This document shows, piece after piece, positions 19,748-29,569 of a stretch of 63,978 nucleotides of DNA (position 1 is the first letter of the stretch; the number at the start of each line of letters is the position of its first letter). The position numbers and the translations under genes were made by a program. This DNA comes from Cytophagales bacterium. Lineage in GTDB: Bacteria > Bacteroidota > Bacteroidia > Cytophagales > Spirosomataceae. Below the pieces are notes generated by a model that saw only the letters and a program-made list of their open reading frames with translations, was not told the DNA's origin and ran no database searches. The DNA is taken from contig JAYUOX010000384.1 of NCBI GenBank assembly GCA_043760595.1, positions 1-63,978 on the forward strand, written 5' to 3'.

Positions 19748-20929
19748 TTAGAATTTAGCAATAACTGCTAAACCCAAAGTTGATTGTGATTTTTGGTCTT
19801 TACCTTCTCCGTCCACAAAGAAATTTTTATCAAAAGCATCCGAACGAAATTCAGGCTTGATTAATAAATGTCCATCAGCAACGGTGAAAGTAGTCGTTAC
19901 TGTCAATGAATTTACGGTTACGCCTGTCGCATTGTCTACACGAAGTAATCTAACAGCATCTTGATTATTAAAATTCTCATACCTTGCACCAATACTAAAA
20001 ACATCAGATACTGAATAATTCGTGTACAAAGCCCAGCCACCCCATGTACCAGAGGTTTTGGCAAATTTTGGATTAGTTGTTACTGTTTGATAATCTCCTG
20101 ATTGTGAACCTGATGCAGCATTCACTCCTACCATAAATTTAGGTGTGATTTGGTAAGTAGTTGTCAAATCAAATAACGAATAACTGGCATCTGGGGTCAA
20201 TCCTTTTGCATTCGCATTGGCTTCATTTGAAGTAATGGCGTTCAAATATACATTCCATCCAGCTACTGGGGAAACAAATAATTGTCCGATGATACCTTTT
20301 GCTCTATTATTATCATCTAAATTATCAACATTATTTACAACACCTCCCATCAAATAAACTTTATCAGAGAAGTTATATTGAGCCTTCAAACCTACATGAT
20401 AAAAAGGTCCATTATTAAAAAGATTCGATAATGAATAATGATAGTTGACTGGTGCGTCAATCACTTCGTAACCGATATGCGTTCCAAATTGTCCCATTGT
20501 CAAAGAAAGTTTATCAGTTGCTTTCCATGTAACATAAGCCTGCTTGATGGCGAGTGAAGTACCTGTTGTAGGAATGGCAATACCGTTTGCGTCAAAGGTT
20601 GCTCCTACTCGACCAATAACATTTCCATAATTACCTAAATCTGCATTCGGTCCAAAGGTCAAATCTCCAACGATGTCTAACTTAGAAGTTGAGTAGGTCA
20701 TTTTAGTTTGTAATAAACCTAATGAAAACTGCCCTACTTTTACATCAAATGCTCTGGCTGTTCCAGAAGCTCCACCATTTGTTCTATTAATTGGGCTATT
20801 GAAATTTGCCATGTAATAAGAATCTACATATCCCGAGAATATAAATTTTCCTTTATCTTCTGTCTTTTCTTGGGAAAGTGCTGAAAATGCTAAAAGCAAA
20901 GAAAATGCGGTAGTTAAGGCTTTTTTCAT
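19748..20929 (-). CDS. Putative beta-barrel porin-2 (OmpL-like/DUF3138), upstream of amtB
   Basis: Signal peptide from ATG 20929; FSGYVDSYY, QAYVTW, GQFGTHIGYE, C-terminal F. Confidence 0.8.
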   Translation of the reverse strand: MKKALTTAFSLLLAFSALSQEKTEDKGKFIFSGYVDSYYMANFNSPINRTNGGASGTARAFDVKVGQFSLGLLQTKMTYSTSKLDIVGDLTFGPNADLGNYGNVIGRVGATFDANGIAIPTTGTSLAIKQAYVTWKATDKLSLTMGQFGTHIGYEVIDAPVNYHYSLSNLFNNGPFYHVGLKAQYNFSDKVYLMGGVVNNVDNLDDNNRAKGIIGQLFVSPVAGWNVYLNAITSNEANANAKGLTPDASYSLFDLTTTYQITPKFMVGVNAASGSQSGDYQTVTTNPKFAKTSGTWGGWALYTNYSVSDVFSIGARYENFNNQDAVRLLRVDNATGVTVNSLTVTTTFTVADGHLLIKPEFRSDAFDKNFFVDGEGKDQKSQSTLGLAVIAKF

Positions 20930-20986
20930 AATACAATTTCGTTTCGTGTTTAAAATAAATGCTTGATTACTACACAAAGATTGTAG

Positions 20987-21016
20987 GTATAATTTATTAT
21001 TCCAAATAAATTATAC
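20987..21016. promoter_or_regulatory. Operator-like palindrome upstream of porin-amtB
   Basis: Perfect 12-bp arms gtataatttatt-N6-aataaattatac. Confidence 0.4.
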
Positions 21017-21210
21017 AGTTTTAAAACTTATTTTTTTATTTTTTTCGTAAAATAATCAAAATATAGTATTTTTTTGAACCTGTTTTAAACAAAAATGTAA
21101 TAATTATTTAATTATACAATCATTTTTAAACGCATTTTTAAAAATTATATAAAAATCAAATTTTGTATAATTGAGATTCTAAGAAAAAATATAATTATTT
21201 AAAGAGAATG

Positions 21211-21244
21211 AAAAAGCCCTGACTTGTTTCCAAATCAGGGCTTT
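21211..21244 (-). terminator. Intrinsic terminator
   Basis: aaaaagccctga...tcagggcttt hairpin with a U tract on the minus strand. Confidence 0.65.
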
Positions 21245-21279
21245 CCCGTTTTCGATTCTGGGGAATCGATTTACATATT

Positions 21280-22890
21280 CTAAAACGAAACCTTATTCAG
21301 ATAAAATACATTTCGTTTTCCTCCTTCTTGATCATTGGTAATTTTCTGATAACCAGAAGCTAAGAAGAAATTATTATACCAAAAATCAATATTATCCGAA
21401 GTAGTTTGTTTTACTTTGTCGCCTTCCATTTGTGTGTCAATGGGTCTTGGAGCAGTATTTTCTACGACTTTCTCGGCTTGAATTATTTTTGTAAAAATTT
21501 GTCCTTTGTTACTGTACGAAAGCGTTATCTCATTGCCTTTGATGGAAGTTTTAACTTTTTCTGAGAGTTTTTGCTCTTTCACATCTTTTAGTTCAATACT
21601 GTTATCCCACAGTAAATTTCCTTTTTCATCAAATGCCGCTACAATGGCGTGGGTATATGTCCAGCCGTCAAATACTTGGCTATTGTTATAATTTCTATTT
21701 CCCCAACCCCACGGTGAATAATATGAACTGAAAGGGGAGTACAGACCATAATTGCCGTAACCCCAACGATAAGGATTGTAGAAAGAGCTATACGGACTCC
21801 CAAAGCTGTTCCAACTATTATTTCCCATGCCGTATGGATTAAAATTGTTACTCTTATATTCAGCATAAAATGCTTCCGCAACCATTATATACTGATTGTC
21901 CTGTTTCACGATGTCGTGTACCAACAAACGATAATCCAAACGTAGTTCCTCACCTTTTTCTTTTTTACTTAAAATCTTTTTTTCTTGTCTTTCTCTTTGT
22001 CGGTCAGACATAAAGTTAAAGAAATTCTTAAACTCCGTAAAACTGTGAAACTTCACGTCCGTAATTTCATTATCGACAAATTTGGAAAAATAAATACCTT
22101 GCGAGGTTGGTCCACGAGAAGAACCAATAGAGTTTTTGTGTCCATAAGTTCCAAACATGACTTCGGTTGAATCTGAGACCAAACTCATTCTACCATTCAT
22201 CATCGCAAATTCACTATCGGGATTCATGGCTACTTGCGAAATCATCTTTCCATCCTCATCAAAAGACTTCAAAACCAATTGATAATTCTTTCCTCTCGTA
22301 CCCACCGCATACGTAACGTTCACAATATTGGCGGTAGTATCCAACTCCATTGATTGAATTTCTGCTTGATTTTTTAAAGCACTTGGTAATACCTTTGTTT
22401 TGCGTTCATTGAGGTTCGTAAATAGAATCACAGGTTGAGCATTAACAACTCCCGCAATAAAAACCGAAGAGTTTAGTGCCTGAAAATCAGACACTTCCAT
22501 TCTATCAACGGACATAATCTGATATTTTTCAATAAAACCTGGACCAATATTTACCTTCACGACTTCATAAACATTACTACGGTATCTACTAAAAAGAAGG
22601 TACAAATTTTTACCGTCGTATGAATGTTTGACGTAATCAAGGGAAGCATCCATCGTACCATTGACCGTCCAGAGTCGTTCGAGATTGATGTCATAACGGG
22701 TGAGACTGAAATTGGTTTTGTTGATTTCGTTCAAAATTAAAACCCCTTGGTCATTTACAGGAATGGTGAATAATTCTGTACTGGTGGAGGGAACGGGTAT
22801 TTCAATTCTTTTAATGCTTTGAGCATGAGACAATTGATTGAAAAATACCAAAAGAAGGATTAAAGAGCGATGAACAATTTTCGTTTTCAT
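21280..22890 (-). CDS. Secreted/outer-membrane hypothetical protein, beta-rich, with an aromatic/Asn/Gly-rich insert
   Basis: Signal peptide ending SHA-Q; 536 aa; ends in F. Confidence 0.75.
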   Translation of the reverse strand: MKTKIVHRSLILLLVFFNQLSHAQSIKRIEIPVPSTSTELFTIPVNDQGVLILNEINKTNFSLTRYDINLERLWTVNGTMDASLDYVKHSYDGKNLYLLFSRYRSNVYEVVKVNIGPGFIEKYQIMSVDRMEVSDFQALNSSVFIAGVVNAQPVILFTNLNERKTKVLPSALKNQAEIQSMELDTTANIVNVTYAVGTRGKNYQLVLKSFDEDGKMISQVAMNPDSEFAMMNGRMSLVSDSTEVMFGTYGHKNSIGSSRGPTSQGIYFSKFVDNEITDVKFHSFTEFKNFFNFMSDRQRERQEKKILSKKEKGEELRLDYRLLVHDIVKQDNQYIMVAEAFYAEYKSNNFNPYGMGNNSWNSFGSPYSSFYNPYRWGYGNYGLYSPFSSYYSPWGWGNRNYNNSQVFDGWTYTHAIVAAFDEKGNLLWDNSIELKDVKEQKLSEKVKTSIKGNEITLSYSNKGQIFTKIIQAEKVVENTAPRPIDTQMEGDKVKQTTSDNIDFWYNNFFLASGYQKITNDQEGGKRNVFYLNKVSF

Positions 22891-22906
22891 GGATTGTTGA
22901 TGATAG

Positions 22907-23033
22907 TAATTTGAAAATTTGATAATTGGTTAATTTAAAAACATACCAATTTGAAAATTTGATGATTTGTTAATTTGAAAATGTTAGGTGGTAAATTATT
23001 TTCAAATCTTCAAATTAACCAATTATCAAATTA
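22907..23033. repeat. Octamer-tandem inverted element with a duplicated left arm
   Basis: aatttgaaaatttgataattggttaattt twice at a 40-nt period, then inverted aaattaaccaattatcaaatta overlapping the EVE stop. Confidence 0.65.
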
Positions 23034-23441
23034 ACTTTCATGAGCCATTCCGAGAATAATATCAAATTCTTCGGGTTTGATGGCGGTTACGGAAAGCCTC
23101 ATTTGCTTAATTAAACCAATGTCTTTTAATCTTTCATCGGCTTTTATCTGTTTGAGTGTTACAGTCTTTGGGAATTTTTCAACGGGGACTAAGTCCACCA
23201 CCACCCAGCGAGCGTCATCAATAGTTGGGTCCGGATAGGCTTCTTTTACGATTTTTGCCAGTCCCACAATCTCTAAGCCTTCGTTTGAATGATAGAAAAA
23301 CACTAAATCATTAACCTGCATAGCTTGTAAGTTGTTGCGAGCTTGATAATTACGCACGCCATCCCAAGTACCTACACCTTGATTAACGAAATCATCCCAA
23401 GAATATTTGAAAGGTTCAGATTTTACGAGCCAGTGATTCAT
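23031..23441 (-). CDS. EVE domain protein
   Basis: WLVKSEP, WDGVRNYQARN, FFYHS, RLSV. Confidence 0.93.
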   Translation of the reverse strand: MNHWLVKSEPFKYSWDDFVNQGVGTWDGVRNYQARNNLQAMQVNDLVFFYHSNEGLEIVGLAKIVKEAYPDPTIDDARWVVVDLVPVEKFPKTVTLKQIKADERLKDIGLIKQMRLSVTAIKPEEFDIILGMAHES

Positions 23442-23471
23442 TATAATTTGATTAGAATTTTTATTATTTTG

Positions 23472-23533
23472 ACATCAAGACACGGAGTCGCTAAGTTTTC
23501 ACTTTTTTTCTTAGCGTCTTTGTGCCTTGGTGG
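23472..23533. repeat. Imperfect palindromic element
   Basis: catcaagacacggagtcgctaag ... cttagcgtctttgtgccttggtg. Confidence 0.6.
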
Positions 23534-23542
23534 CTAAGAAAC

Positions 23543-24685
23543 TTACCACATATAAGACAACATCTCACGATATTTTGCTTCATTTTGTTCAAAGAATGCC
23601 CCCGTTACCTTATTCATTTTTAGATTTTCTACAATTTTTTCTTCTTCTGATTTTTGAATACCTACTTCTGATAACTTCGTTGGAGAGTCAATGGTTTTTG
23701 AGAAATATTCATAACCTGCAATAAAATCTTTGGCTTTATTGATTCCTCCCAAAGTTCGTTCAGCCATGAAGTCTAATTTTGTCTCAATTTCTGGAAAATA
23801 AGTCTTCATCCAAGCGGGATAAATAATGGATAATCCCGCCCCGTGCGGTATGTCATACAACACACTCAAAGAATGCTCAAAACCGTGTACACCCCAATCC
23901 CCTCCTTGCTTACCCGCTGATAATGAGCCGTTTAGAGCCGCAGTCGAAAGCCAAAGGATATTTGAACGTGATTCATAATCAGTTGGATTATCAACGGCTT
24001 GTCTGCCATATTCAAAGGCTAATCGAACAATATCCGTAGCAATATAATCAGAAAGTGGTGCTTTGGTAGGTTCAAAATATTGTTCAAAAGTATGAGCAAT
24101 TAAGTCTGAAACACCGTAAGAAGTATAGGTTTTTGGAACTGAATAAGTGTATTCTGGATCAAGGAAAGATACTTTTGGATAAACCAGATCACTACCCCAA
24201 CCTAATTTTTGCCCTGTGGCATCGTTTTGGATAACCGAAAACATATTCATTTCAGTACCCGTTGCTGCCAACGTCAAAACACATAATATTGGTAAGGCTT
24301 GTTTGATTTTGATTCCCCCCGAACAAATATCCCAAACTGAGCCATCGTGATAAAAACCTGCAGCAACGGCTTTGGCAGAATCAATCACTGAGCCTCCGCC
24401 AACGGCAACAATATGGTCTGCTCCGAATTCACGAGCTACGCTTATACAAGCATCCACATCTTGATAGATTGGATTAGATTTTATGCCTTCAAATAAAACA
24501 TATTCAGTCCCAGCGGATTTTAATTGTTCTGTTACAGCATCCAAAATACCGTTGTGTTTAACAGAACCTTTACCAATAATGATAATAGCTTTTGAGCCTG
24601 ATTTCTTGGAAAATGAGCCTAATTTTGAAACGACTCCTTTGCCAAAAAGAAGTTTTGTGGGATTATTTGATATAAAATTTTTCAT
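23543..24685 (-). CDS. Iron-containing alcohol dehydrogenase (butanol dehydrogenase/YqhD-like)
   Basis: NPTKLLFG, GGGSVIDSAK, TLAATGTEM, HGFEHSLS, HGAGL. Confidence 0.92.
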   Translation of the reverse strand: MKNFISNNPTKLLFGKGVVSKLGSFSKKSGSKAIIIIGKGSVKHNGILDAVTEQLKSAGTEYVLFEGIKSNPIYQDVDACISVAREFGADHIVAVGGGSVIDSAKAVAAGFYHDGSVWDICSGGIKIKQALPILCVLTLAATGTEMNMFSVIQNDATGQKLGWGSDLVYPKVSFLDPEYTYSVPKTYTSYGVSDLIAHTFEQYFEPTKAPLSDYIATDIVRLAFEYGRQAVDNPTDYESRSNILWLSTAALNGSLSAGKQGGDWGVHGFEHSLSVLYDIPHGAGLSIIYPAWMKTYFPEIETKLDFMAERTLGGINKAKDFIAGYEYFSKTIDSPTKLSEVGIQKSEEEKIVENLKMNKVTGAFFEQNEAKYREMLSYMW

Positions 24686-24712
24686 TTTATAAAACGGATT
24701 AGATTATGAAAA

Positions 24713-25318
24713 TTATCTTAGTAAACTTAACTTAAATTCAAAATTGGGTAAAATATTTTCCCCCGATAAAATATTGTCAAACTCATTTACCTTTGAAATT
24801 GTACCATCAGCTCGATAAATATGGACTTCTTCAACAGTTGGACTGATTAACCATGCCAGTTGTACGCCATTATCGATGTATTCTAACATTTTTTCTTTGG
24901 CATCTTTTATTCTATCACTTGGAGACATTAATTCTACGATAAATTCAGGGGAAACAGGAGGAAATCTCTCTTTTTCTATTTCTGTTAATGTATTCCACTG
25001 TCTATCACTTACCCAAGCGGCATCAGGAGAACGAGTTGCTCCATTTGGAAAAATAAAAGCGGTTGAAGAATCAAAAGAATTTCCACCATTCTCTTCTTCC
25101 CAAATTGAAAGTCTTGCCGTTATTTTTGTATTACGTTTTCCAGTTGTTCCTCCTGTGTTGGGCATAATAATGATAGTTCCGTCTGATTTTTTTTCAAGTT
25201 TTAAATGTGGATTCTTTTGACAAAGCTCAAAGAACTCATCATCCTTCAAGTTTTCTTGAAGGAAATTGAAAACAAAATCTTCTTGATAATATTTTAGACT
25301 TCCAGCTGAAATGGTCAT
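24713..25318 (-). CDS. Uma2 family putative endonuclease
   Basis: FDSSTAF, RSPDAAWV, PEFIVELMSPSD, YIDNGVQLAWLI. Confidence 0.92.
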   Translation of the reverse strand: MTISAGSLKYYQEDFVFNFLQENLKDDEFFELCQKNPHLKLEKKSDGTIIIMPNTGGTTGKRNTKITARLSIWEEENGGNSFDSSTAFIFPNGATRSPDAAWVSDRQWNTLTEIEKERFPPVSPEFIVELMSPSDRIKDAKEKMLEYIDNGVQLAWLISPTVEEVHIYRADGTISKVNEFDNILSGENILPNFEFKLSLLR

Positions 25319-25356
25319 TTTCTTGAATATTTTGAGATAATTATTCTCGATTAAAA

Positions 25357-26049
25357 TTATTTATTCTCAACTAAAATTTCCCATAATTTCTGTAAACCTT
25401 CACCGCCACCCGCTTGAATGTAGGTCATATTTTTTTGCATGGAAATATCAGGTTTTTTAGGGTCAATGATGTAAATAGGCACTTTTTCGCCTACATAATT
25501 CACTAAACTTGCGGCTGGATAAACTTGCATTGAAGTACCGACAACCACAAAAATATCAGCTTCGGCAGCTTTTTCGACGGCATTGATAATCTCAGGAACG
25601 TCCTCCCCAAACCAGACGATGTGAGGTCGCATTTGTGTACCGTCGTCAGCCATTTCTCCCATTTCGATGGCACGATAACCGATGTCGTAAATTTTGTTTT
25701 TGTCCTTGCTACCTCGGGCTTGTGTGAGTTGCCCGTGTAGATGCAAGATATTACTCGAACCACCTCGCTCGTGCAAATCATCTACGTTTTGCGTAACGAT
25801 TTGGACGTTGAAATACTTTTCTAATTTAGCCAAAATTTTATGCCCTTCGTTAGGTACGACAGTTGGCATTTGTTGCCTTCGAATATTATAGAAATCTTGA
25901 ACCAAGGCAGGGTCTTTTTGCCAACCTGTCAAGGTTGCCACGTCTTCGATTGAAAAATTTTCCCAAAGACCATCCGAGTCTCTGAATGTGGCAACACCAC
26001 TTTCGGCAGAAATACCTGCTCCTGTGAGGACTACTAACGTTTTTTTCAT
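25357..26049 (-). CDS. cobB: NAD-dependent protein deacylase (sirtuin)
   Basis: GAGISAESGVATFR, TQNVDDLHE, HLHG, RPHIVWFGE, GTSMQVYPAA. Confidence 0.93.
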   Translation of the reverse strand: MKKTLVVLTGAGISAESGVATFRDSDGLWENFSIEDVATLTGWQKDPALVQDFYNIRRQQMPTVVPNEGHKILAKLEKYFNVQIVTQNVDDLHERGGSSNILHLHGQLTQARGSKDKNKIYDIGYRAIEMGEMADDGTQMRPHIVWFGEDVPEIINAVEKAAEADIFVVVGTSMQVYPAASLVNYVGEKVPIYIIDPKKPDISMQKNMTYIQAGGGEGLQKLWEILVENK

Positions 26050-26116
26050 ATGTAAGCCGAGCTATGAGCAATGAGTTACGAGGAGCTAAGAGTTTATTTC
26101 TCTCATAACTCATTGC

Positions 26117-26738
26117 TCACAACTTCATTAAGTTTAAATCAAATTCAAAACCTTCTAAAATATTTTCTCCTGATAATTTATTGTCAAAACCAACGATTTT
26201 TGAAATTGTACCATCCACACGGTAAATAAAAGTTTCTTCGGTTTTAGGATTAATTAACCAACCCAATAATACCCCATTGGCGATATATTTTTCCATTTTC
26301 CCTTGTAATTCTTTCAAAGAATCGTTTTCAGACATTAATTCTACAACGAACTCAGGCGTATTTTTTGCAAATTTTTTCAATTCGACAATCTCAACACTTT
26401 CATATCTTTCGTCCGACATCCAAGAAGCATCAGGAGAACGGACAGCGGTATTTTCAAAGGTAAAGCCTGTTGATGAATCAAAACTATGTCCTCCATTTTT
26501 TCTTCTCCAAATTATTAAATCTGTGGAGATTTCTGAGTTTCTAATTCCTGTAATTCCTCCTGTTGGTAGTAAAAATATGACTGTTCCATTGGCATTTCGC
26601 TCGATTCGTAAATGTTTGTTATCCTGACAAAAATCAAAAAAAGACATCATCGTCCATACTGAATCTCGAAAAATTCAATATCCGACTTTGATGGTCTTCG
26701 CTAATATATCTGGGTATTTTTGAGATGGAATACGTCAT
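26117..26738 (-). pseudogene. Second Uma2 family gene with a +1 frameshift in a T7 run
   Basis: ATG 26738 MTYSISK...MDDDVFF-TGA; removing one T (A7 at 26636-26642 on the + strand) gives MDDDVFFDFCQDNKHLRIE, matching the paralog's KDDEFFELCQKNPHLKLE. Confidence 0.78.
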
Positions 26739-26801
26739 TTGATTTGCATTTTTTCAAATTTACAAAATAAATACACCCAAATTAAAGTGAACTAAAATAA
26801 A

Positions 26802-26894
26802 TTAGACCACGGATTACACTGATTACACTGATTTACACGGATTTTTATTTTTAATCTGTGAACATCCGTCTAATCCGTGTTATCCGTGGTCTAA
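26802..26894. repeat. Nonamer-tandem palindromic element
   Basis: ttagaccacggattacactgattacactgatttacacggatt ... aatccgtgttatccgtggtctaa. Confidence 0.75.
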
Positions 26895-26910
26895 TAATTT
26901 TTAAAATTCT

Positions 26911-29406
26911 CTATTTCTTTTTCCCCTTAGCCGTTGTTACAGGCGTTTCTTCACCCAAACGAATACAATCTTCTAAGGTCAAATCCGCTGCAACCATATC
27001 TTTTGGAATTTTGACATTACGTTTTCCTATTTGGATATAAGGTCCATACATTCCGTTCAAAACCTTGATAGCATCATTCTCAGGAAATTCTTTGAGGAAT
27101 TTATTGGCTTCGGCATCACGTTTTTTAACAATAATTTCGACGGCTCTTTCCATTGGCATATTATCCAAACTATCCCCACGACCCAAAGAATAGAATTTTC
27201 CAGCGTGTTTAACATAAGGTCCAAATCTACCTTTTCCACCTGAAATGGGTTCACCTTCAAAAATACCAATGGCAGCTCCCAAATCGGCTACTCGTTTTTC
27301 GTTTAAAATCTCAATGGCTCTTGCTTCCGTAACAGTGAAAGGGTCTTCGGATGCTGGTAAACTTGTAAATTTATCATCATGTTTGATGTAAGGTCCAATT
27401 TTCCCTGCCCCAATAATCATGGGTTTATCTTCATAAAAACCTACTTCACGGGGTAGTTTGGGCAATTCCATCAATGCCAAAGCATCTTCCAAGGTTATGG
27501 TTGTGATGAGCTGGTCTTTTTTGAGGTTAAAAAATAATGGTTTTTCTTCATCCTTAGTTTTTTGTTCACCTAATTGTACATAAGGACCAAATTTACCTAA
27601 TCTTGCCGAAATCATTTTGCCCGTTTTGGGGTCAATACCTATCTCACGAGATGAACCAACGGTATTTCTATCAATATTTTTACTTTCTTCGATGGTTTTG
27701 TGAAATCCTGTGTAGAAATTTCCAATCATCTCCGACCACTCGATTTTACCTTTGGCAATTTCATCAAACTCATCCTCAACATCTGCCGTAAATTTGAAAT
27801 CAACAACATTTTTGAAATTGTCAACCAAAAAATCATTCACAACCATTCCCACAGAAGTTGGAAATAATTTTGACTTTTCAGTTCCGTAATTCTCTTTATT
27901 GACTTTCTCTGTGATTTTGTTGTCTTTCAGAATCATTTCTCTGAAAGTACGTTCTCTGCCTTCTCTGTCTTCTTTTACCACATATTCACGTTTGATAATC
28001 GTAGAAATAGTGGGAGCATAGGTTGATGGTCGTCCGATGCCTTTTTCTTCTAAAGCCTTTACTAAACTTGCTTCGGTATAACGTGCAGGTGGACGAGTGA
28101 ATCGCTCCGTGCCTTTCATCAAATCTAAATCCAAATTTTGACCAATCGTAAGAGGAGGAAGCATTTTTGAATTTTCTTCATCATCTTCATCGTCTTTTCC
28201 TTCGAGGTACACTTTCAAAAATCCATCAAATTTTACTACTTCACCTTGAGCAACTAAATCTTCGGGAGTTGTAGAGATACTAACCGTTGCCGTAGTTCTT
28301 TCTAACTGAGCATCAGCCATTTGCGAGGCGATGGCACGTTTCCAGATTAAATCATACAAACGTTTTTCTCTTGGATCTGCACCTGCAGCATTAACAGAAA
28401 AATCGGTTGGACGGATGGCTTCGTGGGCTTCTTGTGCGTTTTCGTCTTTGGTTTTGAATTGTCTGTTGAAAACATATTTTTCTCCATAAGCACTTTTGAT
28501 TGCTTCCGTTGCATTCTGGATGGCATCTTCCGAAAGACTCGTTGAGTCGGTTCTCATGTACGAAATCTTACCCGCTTCGTATAATTTCTGAGCGTAAGAC
28601 ATCGTAGAGGCAACTGAATATCCCAATTTACGTGATGCCTCCTGTTGAAGCGTAGAAGTCGTAAATGGAGGAGATGGGGTCTTCTTAGCGGGTTTTGTTT
28701 CTAAGTTTTTAATCTTAAAATCTGCCCCAATACATTTTTCTAAAAAAGCCTTTGCTGTCCCTTCGGTTTCAAAATTTTTAGGTAATTCAGCCTGTAAAAT
28801 TTTACCACCTTCCAAATTGAAAAGTGCAACAATCTTGAATGAAGATTTAGAATCAAAATTATCAATTTCACGCTCACGTTCTACGATGATACGTACTGCA
28901 ACTGATTGTACACGACCCGCAGAAAGTCCCATTTTCACCTTTGACCAAAGTACGGGCGAAAGTTCAAAGCCAATCAAGCGGTCAAGAACACGACGAGCTT
29001 GTTGGGCATTTACTAAATCAACATCAATGGTTCGAGGCGTTAGAATGGCATTCTGAATTGCTTTTTTAGTGATTTCACGAAATACAATTCTTTTGGTATT
29101 GTCCGCCAGTCCCAGAGCCTCTTTTAAGTGCCACGAAATGGCTTCTCCCTCACGGTCATCATCGGTTGCGAGCCAGACTTCATCACAAGATTTTACGGCG
29201 GCTTTCAATTCATTGATTACTTTTATCTTCTCGGGGGAGATAATATACTTTGGCTTGAAGCCATTATTTACATCAATGGCATCGTTTTCTTTGGGCAAAT
29301 CACGGACGTGTCCGAATGAAGAACGAACCATAAAATCCTTCCCTAAATATCCCTCAATGGTCTTTGCCTTTGCTGGGGATTCTACTATCACTAAGTTTTT
29401 CGACAT
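26911..29406 (-). CDS. topA: DNA topoisomerase I
   Basis: LVIVESPAKAKTI, ATDDDREGE, SAGRVQS, SYMRTDS, QEAHEAIRP, C-terminal G(K/R)FGPY repeats. Confidence 0.98.
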   Translation of the reverse strand: MSKNLVIVESPAKAKTIEGYLGKDFMVRSSFGHVRDLPKENDAIDVNNGFKPKYIISPEKIKVINELKAAVKSCDEVWLATDDDREGEAISWHLKEALGLADNTKRIVFREITKKAIQNAILTPRTIDVDLVNAQQARRVLDRLIGFELSPVLWSKVKMGLSAGRVQSVAVRIIVEREREIDNFDSKSSFKIVALFNLEGGKILQAELPKNFETEGTAKAFLEKCIGADFKIKNLETKPAKKTPSPPFTTSTLQQEASRKLGYSVASTMSYAQKLYEAGKISYMRTDSTSLSEDAIQNATEAIKSAYGEKYVFNRQFKTKDENAQEAHEAIRPTDFSVNAAGADPREKRLYDLIWKRAIASQMADAQLERTTATVSISTTPEDLVAQGEVVKFDGFLKVYLEGKDDEDDEENSKMLPPLTIGQNLDLDLMKGTERFTRPPARYTEASLVKALEEKGIGRPSTYAPTISTIIKREYVVKEDREGRERTFREMILKDNKITEKVNKENYGTEKSKLFPTSVGMVVNDFLVDNFKNVVDFKFTADVEDEFDEIAKGKIEWSEMIGNFYTGFHKTIEESKNIDRNTVGSSREIGIDPKTGKMISARLGKFGPYVQLGEQKTKDEEKPLFFNLKKDQLITTITLEDALALMELPKLPREVGFYEDKPMIIGAGKIGPYIKHDDKFTSLPASEDPFTVTEARAIEILNEKRVADLGAAIGIFEGEPISGGKGRFGPYVKHAGKFYSLGRGDSLDNMPMERAVEIIVKKRDAEANKFLKEFPENDAIKVLNGMYGPYIQIGKRNVKIPKDMVAADLTLEDCIRLGEETPVTTAKGKKK

Positions 29407-29441
29407 ATCTTATTTAAAGGTAACGCAGTGTTACAATTCGC

Positions 29442-29449
29442 CAAATATA
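29442..29449 (-). promoter_or_regulatory. -7 promoter element of topA
   Basis: TATATTTG on the minus strand, 35 nt before the ATG. Confidence 0.6.
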
Positions 29450-29569
29450 GAAAATCATTTCTTAAAAAACGGTATTTCTATTTTTGTTTAACTCAAAATT
29501 TACGCCAGAAGTTTAATCGAAGGTTTTGAAAGCAAAACTATTATTCAGAAAATGCTACTCTTATGAATT

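Noticed and set aside
24713-26738. Uma2-sirtuin-Uma2 as a SIR2 anti-phage system
   Set aside because: The sirtuin is a canonical stand-alone CobB deacylase, and Uma2 paralogs are commonly scattered in such genomes
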